63,223 bases of DNA, filler included, from Neoconidiobolus thromboides FSU 785 (GCA_025603075.1; 10 parts of 10 records of this genome joined end to end with filler, not necessarily neighbours in it); one strand, 5' to 3'; shown: positions 37,413 through 50,045, counted from the whole stretch's first letter. Notes: generated by a model from the letters alone, not told the origin. Translations and numbers: made by a program.

Positions 37413-38705
37413 ATGTTTGTACATCAACAATTGTATATATTATTATTATTGTTATTATTATTTGTAAATACAGTTCATTCGAATAAAGGGTATATTAATT
37501 CAATATATTACCTCGGTTCAGGTATGCCAAATGTATATGATTTTTCAAAATTGGATTTGAATAAAGTAACTCATATTAAATATGCATTTGCTAATATCAC
37601 TGGAAATAAAGCTACATTAAATTACGATTCTAAATTACAAGGGGATAAAACAGTATTAGTTGGACATTTAGGAACATTGATTAAAATTAAACAACAATAT
37701 CGTAATATTAAAGTAGGTATATCAATATTAGGTGATTTTGGTTCTATGGTATCGAGTGAAAATGGAAGAAATGAGTTTGTTAATTCAGTAATTGATTTAA
37801 TACAACAATATGGATTTGATTTTATTGATTTAGACTGGGAGTTTCCAGTAAGAGGTTTTCCACAAATGGGAGTTAAAGGGAATCCAGATGATGCTGACTA
37901 TATGTTACAATTATTAAAGCAATTTAGTCAACAATTCCAATCTCAATTAAAATTCAACTGTTTTATTACGATTGCATTACCTTCACCTGAATATTATTTA
38001 TCTCAATATGATATCAATAGTATTGATCCCTATATTGAATATTACAATGCAATGACTTATGATTTTTCGGGTACATTTAGTGCTACTGCTAATTTTGCTT
38101 CGAATTTATATACTAATGGAACTGGTTTAGCTGTAGATGAAAGTATTAAAAGAATGATTAAAGCTGGTATTCCAAGTGATAAGTTGTTAATGGGAATACC
38201 TGCTTATGCTACTACATTTCGTGATTGTAAAGAGAATAAATTTCCCACAACTTATAATAAAGATTCAACACTTAAAATAGGGGAAAATGGATATATCCCG
38301 ATTAATAAAGTAGATTGGTCTAAAGTAGATCAACAATGGAATGATGAATTAAAAGCTAATTATGGCTATTTTAAAGATTATAATATGTTATTATCATATG
38401 ATTCAATAAAATCAGTTACTGAGAAAGTGAATTACATTAAAGATAACAAACTAAAAGGTGTAATGGTATGGGCATTACATCAAGATTTTCCTGTGAGTGA
38501 TCAAAGATCCTTAGTTAGTAATTCCGTCAATTTGTTAGGTCAAGATAATTTAGAAAATTCTCAAAATAATATAAATTATCCAAATTCGAAATTTGAGAAT
38601 GTAAAAGATAGTAACTTTAAAGTGACTGTTACTTCTAACTCGTTGATTTTGTTTAGTTCAAACTTATTTACATATATATTTCTAGTAGTACTTATATTTA
38701 ATTAA
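37413..38705 (+). CDS. GH18 chitinase, secreted, probably GPI-anchored
   Basis: Signal peptide, THIKYAF, catalytic DFIDLDWEF (DxxDxDxE), MTYDFSG, GVMVW, and a hydrophobic C-terminal tail. Confidence 0.92.
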   Translation: MFVHQQLYILLLLLLLFVNTVHSNKGYINSIYYLGSGMPNVYDFSKLDLNKVTHIKYAFANITGNKATLNYDSKLQGDKTVLVGHLGTLIKIKQQYRNIKVGISILGDFGSMVSSENGRNEFVNSVIDLIQQYGFDFIDLDWEFPVRGFPQMGVKGNPDDADYMLQLLKQFSQQFQSQLKFNCFITIALPSPEYYLSQYDINSIDPYIEYYNAMTYDFSGTFSATANFASNLYTNGTGLAVDESIKRMIKAGIPSDKLLMGIPAYATTFRDCKENKFPTTYNKDSTLKIGENGYIPINKVDWSKVDQQWNDELKANYGYFKDYNMLLSYDSIKSVTEKVNYIKDNKLKGVMVWALHQDFPVSDQRSLVSNSVNLLGQDNLENSQNNINYPNSKFENVKDSNFKVTVTSNSLILFSSNLFTYIFLVVLIFN

Positions 38706-39006
38706 TAAATATGTTTTGAACTATTTTTATATTTTATAAACTTTATCACATTTCAACTTTATCAAATTGTACTTAGTTTAAGAATAAATATCCCCATTTT
38801 ATCCCTGCATAATAAAGTGTCAAACTTCAGAATAATTTTAATAGGTTTTCTGATATCAGATTCATCGAATGTACTTCAAATAGATAAGATAATAAAACAA
38901 TAAAAAATATTATTTATATTTAATTTATATTTATTTATTTATATTTAGTTTATTTATATTTAGTTTGTTTATATTTGATTAATGTTAATTAGTTTAAGTT
39001 ATTATG

Positions 39007-39101
39007 ATATGGGGATGTATTTCTGTATTTAAGAATTTTACTAACAAATTTTCCACTTAAATAGTGCTTAAAAAATGGAAAAAATAATGAAGTCAAAAAA
39101 A
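39007..39101 (-). mobile_element. ATAT-flanked MITE family copy, cut by gap
   Basis: Reverse match up to contig end. Confidence 0.8.
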
Positions 39102-40525
39102 NNNNNNNNNNNNNNNNNNNNNNNNNNNNNNNNNNNNNNNNNNNNTTAATTAATTAANNNNNNNNNNNNNNNNNNNNNNNNNNNNNNNNNNNNNNNNNNN
39201 NAAAGTGTAATAAAATAGTAAACATTTGAATTTTCTAAACATTTTCGACACATCTTAGTTTCATATATATAATGTTCCTATATATTCTGGATACTAAATA
39301 TAACTCAAATATTAACTATAAGGTAGATCTCTTGTTTAATAATTTAACTTTATAATATAAACATGAATTAATGAAGAATAAATATATAGAATTCTTTTAA
39401 AGTAGTTATTATTACAAAGTAAGAATAAAAAATTAAATAATACGGGTAATTGTATTTATTAAAAGCTGTAATCTAGGCTATAATAAGAATTCTATTTTCG
39501 ATGCCTTATGACAATACCCTGTTAATATATATTTAATATATTCTTTATGATTTTATACTAAATCGATTAGTTTTTAAAGCCATATAAAATCACTTCTAAT
39601 AATTTGGTCTTATGAAAATATTTAATTATCTGCTACTTGTTAATATTTAAATACTATTTTAGCCATATTAAGTTAACATTGGCTATTATACCTCCTCTGT
39701 CCCAATATTTTGTTATCTTTCAGTAGCCTATCTTTATGTTAATAGTACATTTGGAGTTTATAACTATTTTAGGGTTTAAAAATAAATCAATTATTACGCT
39801 TGTACCTGATACTTATCATCAAAGTATGTAATATTTTTAGTAGAAGTAATTGAACCTGTCTAATTGATATTTAAATTAGATTAGTTAAAAAATAAATTAA
39901 TGTCTTCTACAAACGTTATCATCAGGCTAAAAATTGATGCTACTTTTTCTATTCACCCAACGATATAAAAATATAATCAAGATAATTTATTTAATTCAAA
40001 GCTATATATATTTGACCAAAAGTTACACTTACTGTTTATAAATTTTGATCATAGTATAATTTATAAAACATGATTTAAAAACAGTATTTTTATATTTAAA
40101 AAGAAACGCAAATTCGAACTTTACTGATTCAAAAATAATATCAATTAAAACGTATTAGTATTAATTATCTTTAAGAACATTACTATAGTTGAATATTATT
40201 GATATATATCTATGTAATGTGGATTAAATTTAACCCAAGGCTCAACTTTTCTCCGGTGTTGATTGATTATAAAAAAGGTAGATTAAGGCTTAATATTATG
40301 AAAGTAAAGAGTTTTTTTTGGCTCAGAAATTGACTAAAGTATTTTTTAAATATTAGACTAAGAGTAAAGATTAAAAATTTAGCCTTCAATTGTTTGGCAA
40401 TATTTTAAAATTATTTGTACAAAATTTATAGGTTTTGGTTTAAAACGATTTAAAAAAATCTATGTATACTATACAGTTAAAGATAAAAGTGATTTAATAA
40501 CATCATTTTTTAATTTTAAAGCAAA

Positions 40526-40632
40526 ATATGGGGATGTATTTTTGTGTTTAAGAATTTTACTGATAACTTTTCCACTCAAATAGCACTTAAAAGATGGAAA
40601 AAGTAATGAAGTCAAAAAAAACACCCCCATAT
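40526..40632 (-). mobile_element. ATAT-flanked MITE family copy
   Basis: ATAT both sides. Confidence 0.85.
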
Positions 40633-41007
40633 GTTAATTTTTTTGGCATATTACATACATTGTTTTTCTTTAACACTACTTCCAAAGCTTTAATTTTTTT
40701 ATTAGCTTATAAACTTTATATAAAAGATATATAGCTCTGTAATTTATTCTGTTTAATAAAAGTAGTGTTTTTTTAACTTTTTATTATTATTATTGTATTG
40801 TGAAATCTGGTACTCAGTAATTAGAGTCAAAAACAGCTATTGCTGGGTTGACTACACTATAGGTCGAAAGATCTTAGTTTATGTGACTAAGATAGACTTG
40901 AATTATGNNNNNNNNNNNNNNNNNNNNNNNNNNNNNNNNNNNNNNNNNNNNTTAATTAATTAANNNNNNNNNNNNNNNNNNNNNNNNNNNNNNNNNNNNN
41001 NNNNNNN

Positions 41008-41469
41008 ACTCAAATGAGCACCAGCAGAATGACCACCTAAATAAATCTTATTGTATCCTTTTAAACTAAGTGTGATGTTTGTAAATCCATTTAACGAATC
41101 TTTTAAATGAGCTGGATGTTGTATATTTGATATCTGATTTTTTTGACTTAATCTATAATGTAAAATAGCAGTAGTGATATTTTTTTCAGCTAATTTATTA
41201 GCCATAATTCTACTTGGCTCAATATCTTCACTAACCCAAGCACCACCTAATAACCAAACTAACAATGGAGAATCCTTAACATTTGATTTTGGAGTAACTA
41301 ACTCATAATAATTATTTTGGTTGCTGTCATAATAATACTTCGGAGTATCAATAACATCTACTACAGTTCTCAAAGTTGGAGTAGAGATATTTTTTATAAT
41401 AGCAGTGGGCCAAATACATGTTGATAATCCAATATAAATAGAAAGTGTGATTATTGCTCTATAAAACAT
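41008..41469 (-). CDS. Secreted alpha/beta hydrolase (HSL/kynurenine-formamidase-like), N-terminal half, cut by gap
   Basis: Signal peptide, LVWLLGGAW oxyanion segment, LHYRLS, HPAHLKD, and the nucleophile motif GGHSAGAHL. Confidence 0.8.
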
Positions 41470-43107
41470 TTTATTTTGTTAATAATTTATTACTTTCTCC
41501 TCGTTTTATATTGTGAGCTTTGTTTCTTTTTTTAGACCAAATTTAACATTTTATTAATAAAGTGATTGTGCTTAAGGATCAAAAATTATAAGTTCTTTTT
41601 TATTCATAAGCTTGATATTGATTTAGTAAGCTCACTTTATCAATAAATTTATGCTAGTATTGTCGCTTTTATCATTTCCATACTAAATTATCTATAAACT
41701 AGTTATCCTTAAGTAGCATTCAGGAAAGCTGCTGTATTAAATAAGAAATAAGCCAACTCATATACGTTTTAGTATGTATTGCTTAACTCATTGTAGAATG
41801 TATTTTATGTAAAATAATGTTTATAAAAAAATAAGGTTCAAAAAAAAAAGGTACTTTAATGTATAAAAAATACTACAGTTATAATCTTGATTTATCATTC
41901 GGATTTAAACAATTGATTCTTATTCTATATTTAGTCTCGATTGATATTAATTTGATATAAATACCCAAATAAAAACTATGGGTTATAATCAAAATCAGAA
42001 TAGACAACCATATCACCTTTTTTTGATAATTTGGAGCCATTTACCTTATTATTATATAATATATTTTAGTTATTAGATTAAAGTTATGTGCCCAAATTTC
42101 AGATCAGTACTAGCTTTAACATAACATCTTTAGGTTTTACAAAGTTTATACACGGTGCTACTTTTTCACTATTCATTATAACCCACTAACTGATTCAATT
42201 CCAGTCTAAAATTAACAATTTTTCATTATAAAATACAGACAGATGCAATTTTACTTTTCAAAAAAGATATAATTCAATTATTATAAACTATTTCTCCTTG
42301 TAATATATAAACTAGTCTTCAATTAGATAATTCTAGATTTGATTTAAGTTTATTGAATTTCAATGTATTAGTGTTATAATATAAAGGTATTGGAGCGTTT
42401 TGTGGTGCTATGACTGCTTCCAATTACCAAGAATAATTTAATGGTTTATTAATTAATAATTAAGTCTAATTGAACTTGAGATTGTTTTGTAACCTAAATC
42501 TCAATTTTGAAAATGTTATTTTGGGATGGGAATTTCACCCTATGACATATCTATAAATATACAAAAATTATGTTAAAACGTACAATAATTAAAATATAAG
42601 CTTTTAAAATCATGTAGAAGTTGTTATATAGCAGCCTTTCACTTAAAAACAAATGGTAGTAATTTATAAATTTCGGTAAACGAGACAATTAGACTCAGCG
42701 CAGGAAGCGTCCTGCCCTAGTATTAAAACGTGTCAATAGATACAAATTATCTTTATCTGACAAAATAATAAAAAATCGATGAGCTAAGTATATTACTATA
42801 CAAACCCTCAAAATCCTTTATAAAACTTCATGATTAGTAACCAATTATGATCAAATTTAATATCTTAACCTTAATGAAAAAAGATAGAGGTAGGTTAGTG
42901 CATATTACATTTAAATACTAATGGAAACACTACATGTACTCAGTCTTTTTGTCTTTACTTTGGCCTATTTAGGACAACTACTCCTGGGTCAAGTTTCAAA
43001 AACTGAACTTCATAATGTACACAAAAATAAGTTTTAAAAAAAACTAAACTTACTATTAATTACTATGAGCCTTAGTTCACACTTCTATTTTATTTTTTCT
43101 AAGATTT

Positions 43108-43205
43108 ATATGAGGATGTTTTTTAGCTTCACTTTTTCTATCTTTTAAGCACTATTTGAGTGGAAAAATTGTTAGTAAAATTCCTAAAAAAATACATTCC
43201 TATAT
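43108..43205 (+). mobile_element. ATAT-flanked MITE family copy
   Basis: ATAT both sides, small deletions. Confidence 0.8.
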
Positions 43206-44110
43206 AGTTTTACAATTTCGCAATTCAGGTCAATGGGTTTACATTACTAGTTTATAAAATCCATTATATAAATTCATTGAAAAGAGGATAAACATGAGCC
43301 CATCGTTTTTTATATAGCCATTTATTACTATTTGTGTTCATATAATTTCTAATTATAAGTATATCATATTATTTCTAAGAACCAATTTATTAAAATGCTT
43401 GTAGTAGTTCATGTGATTGCATTTATAATGAAAGGCAAGACTTTGAAGAAAAAAGTATAATATTAGTATACACTGAGCAATTGGTATGGCTCTAATCTAT
43501 TATAAAAAACAAAAGCTATCCCAAATAGCTGATATATGTAGATAAAAGGCTTTCGGTTTACTAGCCCAGTGTAGATATGGATTGTAATAATAAGTTCAAA
43601 ATTATTTTCAAAGCTTCTTTTCCAGATTATGGGTCTTCACATTTTTATTGAGGTTATAAAAACCTTAACTTATATATATGGCTATTTCCATTGCTAAATT
43701 TTACTTCCGACTATTTTTTATAAAAAAATAAGATATTCCGATTACTAAACTATATTTCAAAGATCTTTTGTTACTCTATGGATCAAATTGTTTTAAAACG
43801 TTATATACTTTAATTAATACAATAAAATAGGTTAATGTAGTTTTTGTCAGTAGTGCTTTTTGATCGAAAGCGTTTTACTATTTATATTTATTTTTGAGTT
43901 GTGCTTTTATAAATTTTTTGATCAAAGATAGTTTTTTGTTAGCAGATAGGACATTAAAAAGATAAAGCTTGTTCTCTCTAAAAGGAATCCTGTAGTTTAA
44001 ATATTAAACATACTATATTTATATGTTAAGATAAACTTTTCAACCACCGTTGTATTTTATTTCCTTATTTGATTGATTCTGGATTCAAAATCTATTAATT
44101 TAAATTAACT

Positions 44111-44217
44111 ATATGGAAGTGCTTTTTTTCAACTTCATTATTTTTTCCACTTTTTAAATACTATTTAAGCGGAAATTTGTTAGGAAAATTCTTAAACACA
44201 AAAATGCATCCCCATAT
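44111..44217 (+). mobile_element. ATAT-flanked MITE family copy
   Basis: ATAT both sides. Confidence 0.8.
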
Positions 44218-44987
44218 ATATATTAAATGTAGCTTTATGCCATTTTATAGCGTTTTTAACATCCTAGTTAACCAGGATTAAACAACAGGCTTAACATCGA
44301 GCTATTGGTTTTATTAATATCAACTATCTTTTATCTTAAATATTGTAAGTTGTTAACTGTTTACAAAACCAAAGGGTGCGAAATTATTAAGTTTCATTTA
44401 AATCGTAATATAAAAATTGTTCAAGTGAAAAATGGGATAAGTTATATAAGACAGGGGTAGGAGGATGTAATGGAATAGATTATTCAATTAGAAAAAATAC
44501 TCTAAAGCACAAGCTCCTACTTTAAACTTGAGCAAGTCATATTCAACAGGCTTGAACTATGCTTTATATAAGTTTACTCAGAGATAAAATAGAAAAGAGG
44601 CAGAATTGTATAGGATAGGAGAACTATCAGCTAAAAGTTTGATTTAAAATGATGACTTTTTAATAAAATTTTTTAATTTCGCTTTTTTATGTTTTTGATA
44701 CATAGAGTTCACTAAAAGTTTTTGTAATAATTTAATAATTTTTTAACTATCTGATGGAAGTTTATTAAAGTTTTATTGAGTAGTTGAAGAGTAAGCAATT
44801 TATAAAACCGGAGCATTAAAAAAGCATAAAGTAATAATAAATTTCAGAATTGTTTATTTTTCAACTACACAATAAAATTTATTAAATTTATTAAACTTAA
44901 TAGTATGGTAGTTTAATATTAGAATTATCGTGTTAAATTTTATAAATCATTATCAAGTAATCGAAAAGTTACTAAATTATTTTTTAA

Positions 44988-45095
44988 ATATGTGAGTGCT
45001 TTTTTTGACTTCATTATCTTTTCCATTTTTTAAGCGCTATTTAAGCGGAAAGTTTGTTAGTAAAATTCTTAAAAATACAAAATACATCCCCATAT
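44988..45095 (+). mobile_element. ATAT-flanked MITE family copy
   Basis: ATAT both sides. Confidence 0.8.
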
Positions 45096-45893
45096 CTTTA
45101 TTTTTTTTACTAGCTATGAAATTTATAATAAACTATATACTAAAGTTTAAAGAAATACTAATTAAACACTCGATAAAAAAATATTGCAATATAAATAATC
45201 TTGAGATTAAATGAATAAATAATTATTTTATAGTATATACGGTTTAATTTGCAATTTTATTAAAACTAAAATAGATTAAAATATAAAAAAACATAAATAA
45301 TTTTTAACTTTTATTTAGAAAATATTACAAGTTTATTATAATTTTAGCTAATAATATCCTAGCATTTATAAATTTTGTAATTTTTATCTCACGAATTTAA
45401 CCAGTTCATGTTAAAAAGGATATAAGTTTGTTTAATATAGTTTTTTAAAAAAATAAGATTTTATAAGATTAAGCATAAAAATACTTTACTCTTAAATAAA
45501 ATAACATTTTTTATACTCATTTATTATTTCTAATATAATAGTAGCATTTTTTCGCCATATAGCCCCCCCAAAATGTAGCTATATCATTATCAACCCTCTA
45601 GGTACCAAGTTATCAAAAAACTTTGTCCCAATCAAGCATAGCTTTTTGATTAAAATTTTATGTCAAAGTCAAATTTTTTACTAGGCTGGATAAATTTGAT
45701 GGGTCAGGCTCGTTATCATTAAGGATTGGCTTGAAAAAATAAGATGAGTGCAATTCCGCTTATAATAACAAAAGAGTTTATCAGGTATTTTAATACATAC
45801 GATATCTAAACAAAAAACAATGAATCAACCAATATATGACAATAGTCGTATAAACTATTTTAATAAATAGTTTTATTTATGTAGTAAGAAATA

Positions 45894-46283
45894 TCATACA
45901 AGAAATTTGTAAATTCGATCAACAACATCTACGTTTTGTGGTATATTGTTATGATCCCCGAATTTATCATCTACTACTTGGATGTTATTAAATCCTAATC
46001 CTTTTAGATGGGATGCGAATTCAGTTGTTTGTTCGGTATTTACCAGAGTATCTTCTTGTGAGTCAATTAATAAGTAATTGGGCAACTGATTATAGTTTAT
46101 TTTTTTTAATGATTCTTTTGAAACAAATTGAGGTGATGCTTTCTTCCATTTATTTATATCATCTCCAAATGCTGGTATAATGTATTCATTCTTATAGCCT
46201 TTGTATCTATTAACTAAAGATGGAATATCAAATATACCACCAATAGAAATAACACCTTTAATATTTTTAAGTTGATTCAACTG
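45894..46283 (-). CDS. Alpha/beta hydrolase C-terminal half, begins at gap
   Basis: IKGVISIGGIFDI, ASP, DSQEDTLV (catalytic Asp) and GDHNNI (catalytic His), with stop TGA at 45894. Confidence 0.8.
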   Translation of the reverse strand, partial: QLNQLKNIKGVISIGGIFDIPSLVNRYKGYKNEYIIPAFGDDINKWKKASPQFVSKESLKKINYNQLPNYLLIDSQEDTLVNTEQTTEFASHLKGLGFNNIQVVDDKFGDHNNIPQNVDVVDRIYKFLV

Positions 46284-46536
46284 NNNNNNNNNNNNNNNNN
46301 NNNNNNNNNNNNNNNNNNNNNNNNNNNTTAATTAATTAANNNNNNNNNNNNNNNNNNNNNNNNNNNNNNNNNNNNNNNNNNNNAAGAAGCCATAATTTTA
46401 TCTATACCACTTATTAGAATAAGGAAGATAAAAATAATAACTCGAATAAAGTTTAACTTGAAAAAATAAAAAAATAAGAAAAAAAGTAATAAATTCATAT
46501 AAATTTTACTAATATATTGTTGAATGAAGTACAGCT

Positions 46537-48159
46537 TTATTCTTTCTTCTTTTTAACAGTATAAACTAACTTTTTAGATTGAAATCTTAAAAATAATTTA
46601 TAAAATGTATAAATGAAAAAAATAGAAATAATAATAATTGAAGTCAATAAAAACCCAATAATATCTAAATAATAATCTTTCCAGAAATTACTTTCTGATT
46701 TAGATAAATGTGCATTATAACAAGTAGAATCTTTACTACATAATTTGGTTAGCTCTAAATGAGCTTCTACCAAATCTGCTGTTTGACTTTTCATATTTCT
46801 TCTATTCTTAATAATATTGTTTACTCGATTTAAATTCATTTCAAATTTATTGTTATTTAATAATTGATTTATTTTATAATGAATTTGTTTTATGGTGTTT
46901 TGATGAATATCAATACTTAATCCTACATTCATTTGAATAACTTTTTGAGAACTACGTGGTTGATCTGCTAAAAAGGGATGACATAACAATGGTTTCTTTG
47001 CACTTATAGATTCAAATGTAGATTCTAGTCCACAATGAGATAAGAATAATTTTGTATGTTCATGGTTTAATATAGCTTGTTGTGGTGCCCAATTTAATAA
47101 TCTTATATTTGGATGTTGATTTTCAATTAATTGTTGTGTTGTATAATTAAAATTGTTAACATTTAATTCAAAATTTAATTTACTTAATCCTAATCCAAAT
47201 ATAATACCATTGTATAGTCCTTTGTTTAGTCCTTCTATTAATACTGTCATAAATTTAGTCATTATCTTATTACCTAATAAGACATTAGAGCCAAAAGCAA
47301 CATAAACTATATTATTATGTTGATTTAGAAATATATCTAATTCATTTGATAATTGAATATAATTATTATTAAAAATAGGACCAATCATATGAAAATTAGG
47401 TTGAATAGGTAAAATTGGTTCGTAGGGAAAGAAAGTGTTAGCTAAAGCTAAATCTTTATCCCAGTCTCCTAATGGGTTGATGCTTTGTGGAATATTAAAT
47501 TTAGCTCTTAATTGTTGCATTTTATTAATAAACGGTAAAAAGTAATATATTTCTTTTAGTTTTAAATAAATCATTTCATATAATCTTACAATGAAACTAC
47601 ATTGATTTAAATACATATCGTTCAAACCAAATGAATTACTTATTACTCCATTGCTCTGTAATCCATACATATCTGCATGTTGGAAAGTATTGATTATTGG
47701 TATATTCAATAATTTACCTATATCTCTACAAACAGGCGAAAAGAAATCACAAAACAATAAATCTGGATTTAACTCTTCTAATATTTCTTTAAAAGAAACA
47801 AATGAATCTTCATAAACTCCTGCTATCATGTTACTAATGATATAAGTTACCAGTTTAAATCTGTCAATTGGTTGATCAAATCCATTCAATTGATCTAAAA
47901 TAGTATCCACATTCCATTTATCATTGACAATGCTTCCACTTGCTAAAAAGGTAAAGTTATACCCCGCTATATATTCAACATTTTCCTTTGGTGCTACATA
48001 ATATATTTCATGACCACGCAACTTTAATTCTTTTCCGATTTCTAACACAGCTTTAATATGACTTTTGCCACCAGCACCACTATGTAATACGATTTTATCA
48101 CCAAAGCTAAGATTGATACACAAGTAAAATGTTAACAATTTGATCAACAAAAATACCAT
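46537..48159 (-). CDS. GT1 UDP-glycosyltransferase with signal peptide, C-terminal TM and KKxx tail
   Basis: Likely ATG at 48159 (MVFLLIKLLTFYLCINLSFG). Contains GGKSHI...LRGHE, DLLFCDFF, the UGT signature WAPQQAILNHEHTKLFLSHCGLESTFESISAKKPLLCHPFLADQ, a TM segment, and ends KKKE. Confidence 0.92.
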   Translation of the reverse strand: MVFLLIKLLTFYLCINLSFGDKIVLHSGAGGKSHIKAVLEIGKELKLRGHEIYYVAPKENVEYIAGYNFTFLASGSIVNDKWNVDTILDQLNGFDQPIDRFKLVTYIISNMIAGVYEDSFVSFKEILEELNPDLLFCDFFSPVCRDIGKLLNIPIINTFQHADMYGLQSNGVISNSFGLNDMYLNQCSFIVRLYEMIYLKLKEIYYFLPFINKMQQLRAKFNIPQSINPLGDWDKDLALANTFFPYEPILPIQPNFHMIGPIFNNNYIQLSNELDIFLNQHNNIVYVAFGSNVLLGNKIMTKFMTVLIEGLNKGLYNGIIFGLGLSKLNFELNVNNFNYTTQQLIENQHPNIRLLNWAPQQAILNHEHTKLFLSHCGLESTFESISAKKPLLCHPFLADQPRSSQKVIQMNVGLSIDIHQNTIKQIHYKINQLLNNNKFEMNLNRVNNIIKNRRNMKSQTADLVEAHLELTKLCSKDSTCYNAHLSKSESNFWKDYYLDIIGFLLTSIIIISIFFIYTFYKLFLRFQSKKLVYTVKKKKE

Positions 48160-48840
48160 TATTATGTTTAATAAAAAACAAAAAATAAAAAACAAAAAAT
48201 AAAATCTTTTGTTATTACTTTATATATTACTTTGGACTAATTTATAAATTTAAACCAGTTTTAAACATATTATTTTTTTATTAAATTCTTGACAGTATTT
48301 ATTCTTAATTAGGTAATCAAAGCTAATTATTGAGATCTAATTACTATGATAAGATAGAAAAGGTAAACTTTATCAGAATAGTAATACTATATGATATAAT
48401 ACTACTTAAACATCTAAAGCCTTAGATTCAATTAATATAATTGTTTCTTTAATACAGTTTATAATACTTAATAAAAATTCGAACATTTATTTTTTCTAAT
48501 ATTAATGTAAAGGCCTTATAGAGTGAATCAGAAACTGTATTAATCTTTTATATTTTTTAATCTTTTTTAAAACACTACTGTAATCTGTTTATATGACTTT
48601 TAAATATTCAGTTAAAAAACAAATAATTCAAAATATCTTTCATTTAATATTTTTTATTATTACTCCAATTTTTATAAAAGATGTTTTATCCTTCATAATC
48701 AATTTTAACTCCAGCTTTTCTGTGATAAAAAACCCAATATTGAAAAATCTTTCTTTTATTACATAGCTTAAATTCTTTAAATTAAAGCACATTTGTTCTG
48801 ATTTACTTAAATATCTTTTGATTTTTTTTAATATTAAATC

Positions 48841-48943
48841 ATATGGGAATGTATTTTTTTAAAGATTCTACTACCAAGTTTTTCCGCCTAAATAGCGCTT
48901 AAGAAATGGAAAAAGTAATGAAACCAAAAAAACATCCTCATAT
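48841..48943 (-). mobile_element. ATAT-flanked MITE family copy
   Basis: ATAT both sides. Confidence 0.8.
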
Positions 48944-49444
48944 ATTTTCTTTCTCAAAGGACCTTTTTCATCCCCCTTTATACAGCCTTAGTTATAAGCA
49001 TACTTTTATCGCTATATCACTGTCAATAAAATTATAAAACTTGAAATTTAAAATTTAATACAATAGGTGATTTTTTTAAAGTTCAATTGTAACAACTTTG
49101 ATCCATAAATATACCATTGATACGTTTATTCAAGTGCTTAAAATTTAACTGAAATAGTATAATAGAAGTTAAGTTGAACTCTATATAATCACGAAAATAG
49201 AAAACAAACAAACAATTATACAAGCTAGACATTAATGATTTAGATTTAAGCTTGGTTTAAGATGTTCGGTACTCAAAGGGGTAACTTTAAAAAAAAATTC
49301 CATTTGATTGGATCGCAATTTTTGATTCATTTTTTAATTATTGAAGAGCGATTTTTGTCTAGTAATGTTTGTCATAATTTTGCTCTCCAAAAATTTGATG
49401 AACATAGCCCTGCATATGATACTCAAATGGTTAAAATTTTTGAA

Positions 49445-49517
49445 TGATCCCGCCAGGGATCGAACCTGGAATCTTCTGTTCCGTAGACAGACGCCTTATC
49501 CATTGGGCCACGGGACC
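49445..49517 (-). tRNA. trnR-ACG: tRNA-Arg (ACG)
   Basis: GGTCCCGTGGCCCAATGGATAAGGCGTCTGTCTACGGAACAGAAGATTCCAGGTTCGATCCCTGGCGGGATCA. Acceptor stem, anticodon arm TCTGT-CTACGGA-ACAGA and GTTCGA T-loop are present, with a T-run downstream. Confidence 0.96.
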
Positions 49518-49638
49518 ATTTTTAGGCGATGCTTGCAATCTTTCGAATGAAGTCAATTGCCTGAGTTTTTATGTAGCAATTAGTATATAACCTATTTTTT
49601 ATATTTACCTCTGCTGTTTTATTAAATCAATTGAAAGC

Positions 49639-49742
49639 ATTTGGGGATGGATTTTTTGTTTAAGAATTTTACTACACTCTTTCCACTCAAATAGTGCTTA
49701 AAAAATGGAAAAATAATGAAACGAAAAAAAACAGCCCCATTT
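49639..49742 (-). mobile_element. ATAT-flanked MITE family copy
   Basis: Reverse match, ATTT-like flanks. Confidence 0.75.
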
Positions 49743-50045
49743 TCTAAATTTTGAACTAAAAAGCAGAATCTGTTTAAATATAAAATAGTATCATCATCTT
49801 TTACAAGTGACTATTCTATTGATGAAGTAAATTTTAATACCCATATGAAGTGCAAACAGGAGCTTAACTATGCTTATCTATTTTATCAGGATTAATTTAA
49901 ATAAAGTCAAAACTAAAATGGGTAATATTTTCGGATTTATTAGTAAAGTGATGAAATGGATAATGAAATAAAGCGAGTAATTTAACCAAGTAGTTAAATT
50001 GATATTAATCAAGCAAACAAATATCAAGTATGATGCTATAACTGA

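Noticed and set aside
39689-39712. TACCTCCTCTGTCCCAATATT as a Stowaway-like TIR
   Set aside because: No partner inverted end was found in the contig.
39930-42190. Short shared motif TGCTACTTTTTC(A)CTATTCA at ~39937 and ~42156, and AACAGG..CTT.AACTATGCTT at ~44565 and ~49855
   Set aside because: About 20 bp only, and flanks could not be aligned convincingly by eye; may be old relics but is unsupported.
49262-49550. ORFs overlapping the tRNA
   Set aside because: Explained by tRNA-Arg and flanking AT-rich DNA.
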